A stretch of 64,000 bases of DNA from Clostridia bacterium (GTDB lineage Bacteria > Bacillota > Clostridia > UBA1212 > DUPL01): NCBI GenBank assembly GCA_050951325.1, contig JBMNIW010000003.1:1-64000 (forward strand). Reading direction: 5' to 3'. Made by a program: the position numbers and the translations under genes. Within the stretch, counting starts at the first letter, position 1. Every line of letters begins with the position of its first letter. This document shows positions 61,946 to 64,000 of this stretch, in pieces. The notes below the pieces were generated by a model. That model searched no databases and was not told the origin of the DNA. It saw nothing but the letters and a program-made list of their open reading frames with translations.

Positions 61946-62137
61946 TATCCCAAAATGCCGCCACCTTATTTTGACACCTAGCCTCGCTAGGTGGGTATCC
62001 TATGGTATACTTCTGCCTTCCCCTGATTCTTGCGAATGGCATTTGTGCCTGAGGCCTGACATCCGTATCCCAAGTCGGATTCCCTTTTTTGTCATGTAGG
62101 TTCAAAATTAAGGTTCCTCGTCGAACATTTCAGGATA
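61946..62137 (-). ncRNA. ssrS: 6S RNA
   Basis: ~190 nt; ends pair (TATCCTGAAATG...CATTTTGGGATA); Firmicute 6S-like segments TTTTGAACC, GGGA, ACCCACCT, TCAAAA, CGGCAT; own extended -10 promoter (TGATATAAT) and terminator. Confidence 0.8.
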
Positions 62138-62196
62138 AGTTATTTGGTTTTTCATTAGTATTATATCATGTTTTTCGCAAAACGCAACAAGCAAAT

Positions 62197-63102
62197 TCAG
62201 GTTACTTCAACTTTCAGAAATCCTTCGCGTATTGCGTAGAATAAATACTGCTGCGCAAACCCGGCAATACTTCCAAAATATTCTTGCACAAACTCATCAA
62301 TTTCCTTGTGGGTCGACACATTATAAAGGTTTGTCATAACTTTTCTCACCCACACATCCACAGGAAAAGCATTGTAATAACTTCCTGTGAAAAGTAGTAT
62401 GCAGTCTGCGACTTTAGGTCCAACGCCTTTATATTGTCTCATAAACCTTCTTGCGTTTGCAATGTCAATTTTTTGAAAACTTTCTTTTGAAAAAGGTTGT
62501 TCGACAAACAAGCGCGAAGCTTCTACAATATAATTACACCGATAACCCGCTTTTATACAGTCAGACAATTCGTTTTCACAAACATTGGCAAGATTATGGG
62601 GTTTTGGAAAAGCATACACATCATCCTTGATTTTTTCTCCATAGTTTCTGCAAAGGTTTTCAATGCACTTCTTTATTCTCGGAATGTTGTTATTTGCAGA
62701 AATTATAAACGATACAAGTGTTTCAAAAGGTTCCTGGCGTAGAATTCGAATACCCTTGCCAAATTCTATGGCCCGCCTCATATACTCATCTTTTAAAGAT
62801 AACTCACCCTTTATTTTCGAATAATCTCTTTCCAGATCGAAATAATCCAACCAGAAAGTATAAAATTCTTCTTTTGTGGAACCAATAATCTCAAGCACCC
62901 CATCTGAATATTTAATCTCTGCGTAATTCTCACCTGCTACACCACAATAGTGTCCCATGGGGTTTAGATTCCACCTGAAACACTGACCGCATTCGAATAC
63001 GTGTTTAGGGTTGAAGTCTTTTACACCATATACCCTGATTCCCTTTTTCGTTTCCTCAACTTTGTACATGTCCTTCACTCTTTCAACTATATCAAGCATC
63101 AA
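62197..63102 (-). CDS. ogg: 8-oxoguanine DNA glycosylase (OGG1 family)
   Basis: FECGQCFRW, GIRILRQEPFE, SANNNIPRI, GVGPKVADC, FPVDVW. Confidence 0.92.
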   Translation of the reverse strand: MMLDIVERVKDMYKVEETKKGIRVYGVKDFNPKHVFECGQCFRWNLNPMGHYCGVAGENYAEIKYSDGVLEIIGSTKEEFYTFWLDYFDLERDYSKIKGELSLKDEYMRRAIEFGKGIRILRQEPFETLVSFIISANNNIPRIKKCIENLCRNYGEKIKDDVYAFPKPHNLANVCENELSDCIKAGYRCNYIVEASRLFVEQPFSKESFQKIDIANARRFMRQYKGVGPKVADCILLFTGSYYNAFPVDVWVRKVMTNLYNVSTHKEIDEFVQEYFGSIAGFAQQYLFYAIREGFLKVEVT

Positions 63103-63192
63103 TTTTACGCCAACACAACTGCATTGTCAATCATTCGTTTCTGTGCTAGAATAGATGCTGACAACTTTAATGTGGGAGGTACCAAAAGACTT

Positions 63193-63939
63193 ATGAAAGA
63201 AACTATTTATACAATCCCTGTAAATGAAGTTTTTGCTGAAAAATGCGAATGTCCCTTGTGCGAATTGGAATCACGTTTTGAAAAAGAAACAGTTGACTAC
63301 TATTTGGGACCTTCCTTAATGGAACCTGACAACAGAATTGAAACAAACGATACAGGTTTCTGCGCAAGACATTATGGAATGATGTACAACACACAAACCA
63401 ATCGTTTGGGACTTGGTCTCATTCTTGACACCTATTTGCTTGAGCAAAACAAAAGATTGTCCAAACTGATGCGAGTTGAAAGCAAATCCCAAGGTGAAAA
63501 AAGAGGTCTTTTTGGTAGAGGTAAAAAGTCCTCAGGCAATGTCGACGAAGTATACAAATATATTTCAGAGCATCTTGAAGAATGCTGCATTTGCAGCAAG
63601 TTGTCGTATACTATGAGCAGGTACATTGAGGTAATCTTTTACCTGTATGTAAGAGAGAAAGAGTTCAGAGAAAGATTCAATGACGGACTTGGTTTTTGCA
63701 TGCCTCACTTGAAGCTGTTGATTGAAGGAGCAAAACAACACTTAAGTTCATCCCAGCAGGATGAGTTTTTCAGGAACCTGTTTTCCATGCAAGTTAACAA
63801 CCTTGAGAGACTTGAAAAGGAAGTTTCCTGGTTTACACAAAAGTTTGATTACAGAAACAACGACAAGCCTTGGGGCACTTCAAAAGATGCATTGATAAGA
63901 GGTATTAAGAAAGTATCAGGGTTGAAAGAACTGGATTAA
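63193..63939 (+). CDS. Conserved clostridial Cys/His-rich protein (DUF6062-like)
   Basis: MKETIYTIPV..CECPLC, GFCARH, CCIC, FCMPH, WFTQKFDYRN. Confidence 0.75.
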   Translation: MKETIYTIPVNEVFAEKCECPLCELESRFEKETVDYYLGPSLMEPDNRIETNDTGFCARHYGMMYNTQTNRLGLGLILDTYLLEQNKRLSKLMRVESKSQGEKRGLFGRGKKSSGNVDEVYKYISEHLEECCICSKLSYTMSRYIEVIFYLYVREKEFRERFNDGLGFCMPHLKLLIEGAKQHLSSSQQDEFFRNLFSMQVNNLERLEKEVSWFTQKFDYRNNDKPWGTSKDALIRGIKKVSGLKELD

Positions 63940-63953
63940 GAGGTGTATGTATT

Positions 63954-64000
63954 TTGGAGGTATATGCGCTTGTAGGAGCAAGTGGTACCGGAAAAAGCCA
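63954..64000 (+). CDS. P-loop protein, 5' end only (MEVYALVGASGTGKS...)
   Basis: TTG start behind GAGGTG; Walker A motif; truncated by the window edge. Confidence 0.65.
   Translation, partial: MEVYALVGASGTGKS

Noticed and set aside
61886-62190. T-box riboswitch upstream of cysE
   Set aside because: No intact T-box consensus directly ahead of a terminator; the end-to-end pairing and conserved segments fit 6S RNA.

Overview
Clostridia-like (Bacillota) chromosomal window with two parts. Positions ~1-22059 are an AT-richer accessory island directly after the rpsI stop codon. It holds a Tn7-like tnsA-tnsB-tnsC-tnsD(TniQ) operon, a decayed plasmid/ICE-like relic (a 5'-truncated ParR-like gene, a 10-bp phased repeat array and small ORFs) and all six type I BREX genes (brxA-brxB-brxC-pglX-pglZ-brxL). 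The island runs off the left edge. The junction is the most striking feature. A TGT-terminated Tn7-type end sits 5 bp after the rpsI stop codon. A second, inverted, more site-rich TGT-terminated end lies only 464 bp inside, between that end and the tnsA promoter. The two ends bracket a mini-element with no sizeable ORF, and the transposase genes lie outside it. tnsD, brxC and pglX each carry a single-base frameshift, whereas the core genes appear intact. Positions 22065-64000 are mostly ordinary core genome: rplM-rpsI, ROK kinase-truA, galK, carD, ctsR-mcsA-mcsB-clpC-radA, EF-G paralog, rex, ABC-F, recD2-comFC, rpsF-ssb-rpsR-gdpP-rplI-dnaB-tilS-hpt-ftsH, an XRE-regulated ABC exporter, gpsA, cysE-cysS-sigH, 6S RNA and ogg. 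No cas genes or CRISPR array were seen. All calls come from reading motifs by eye; no database searches were run.
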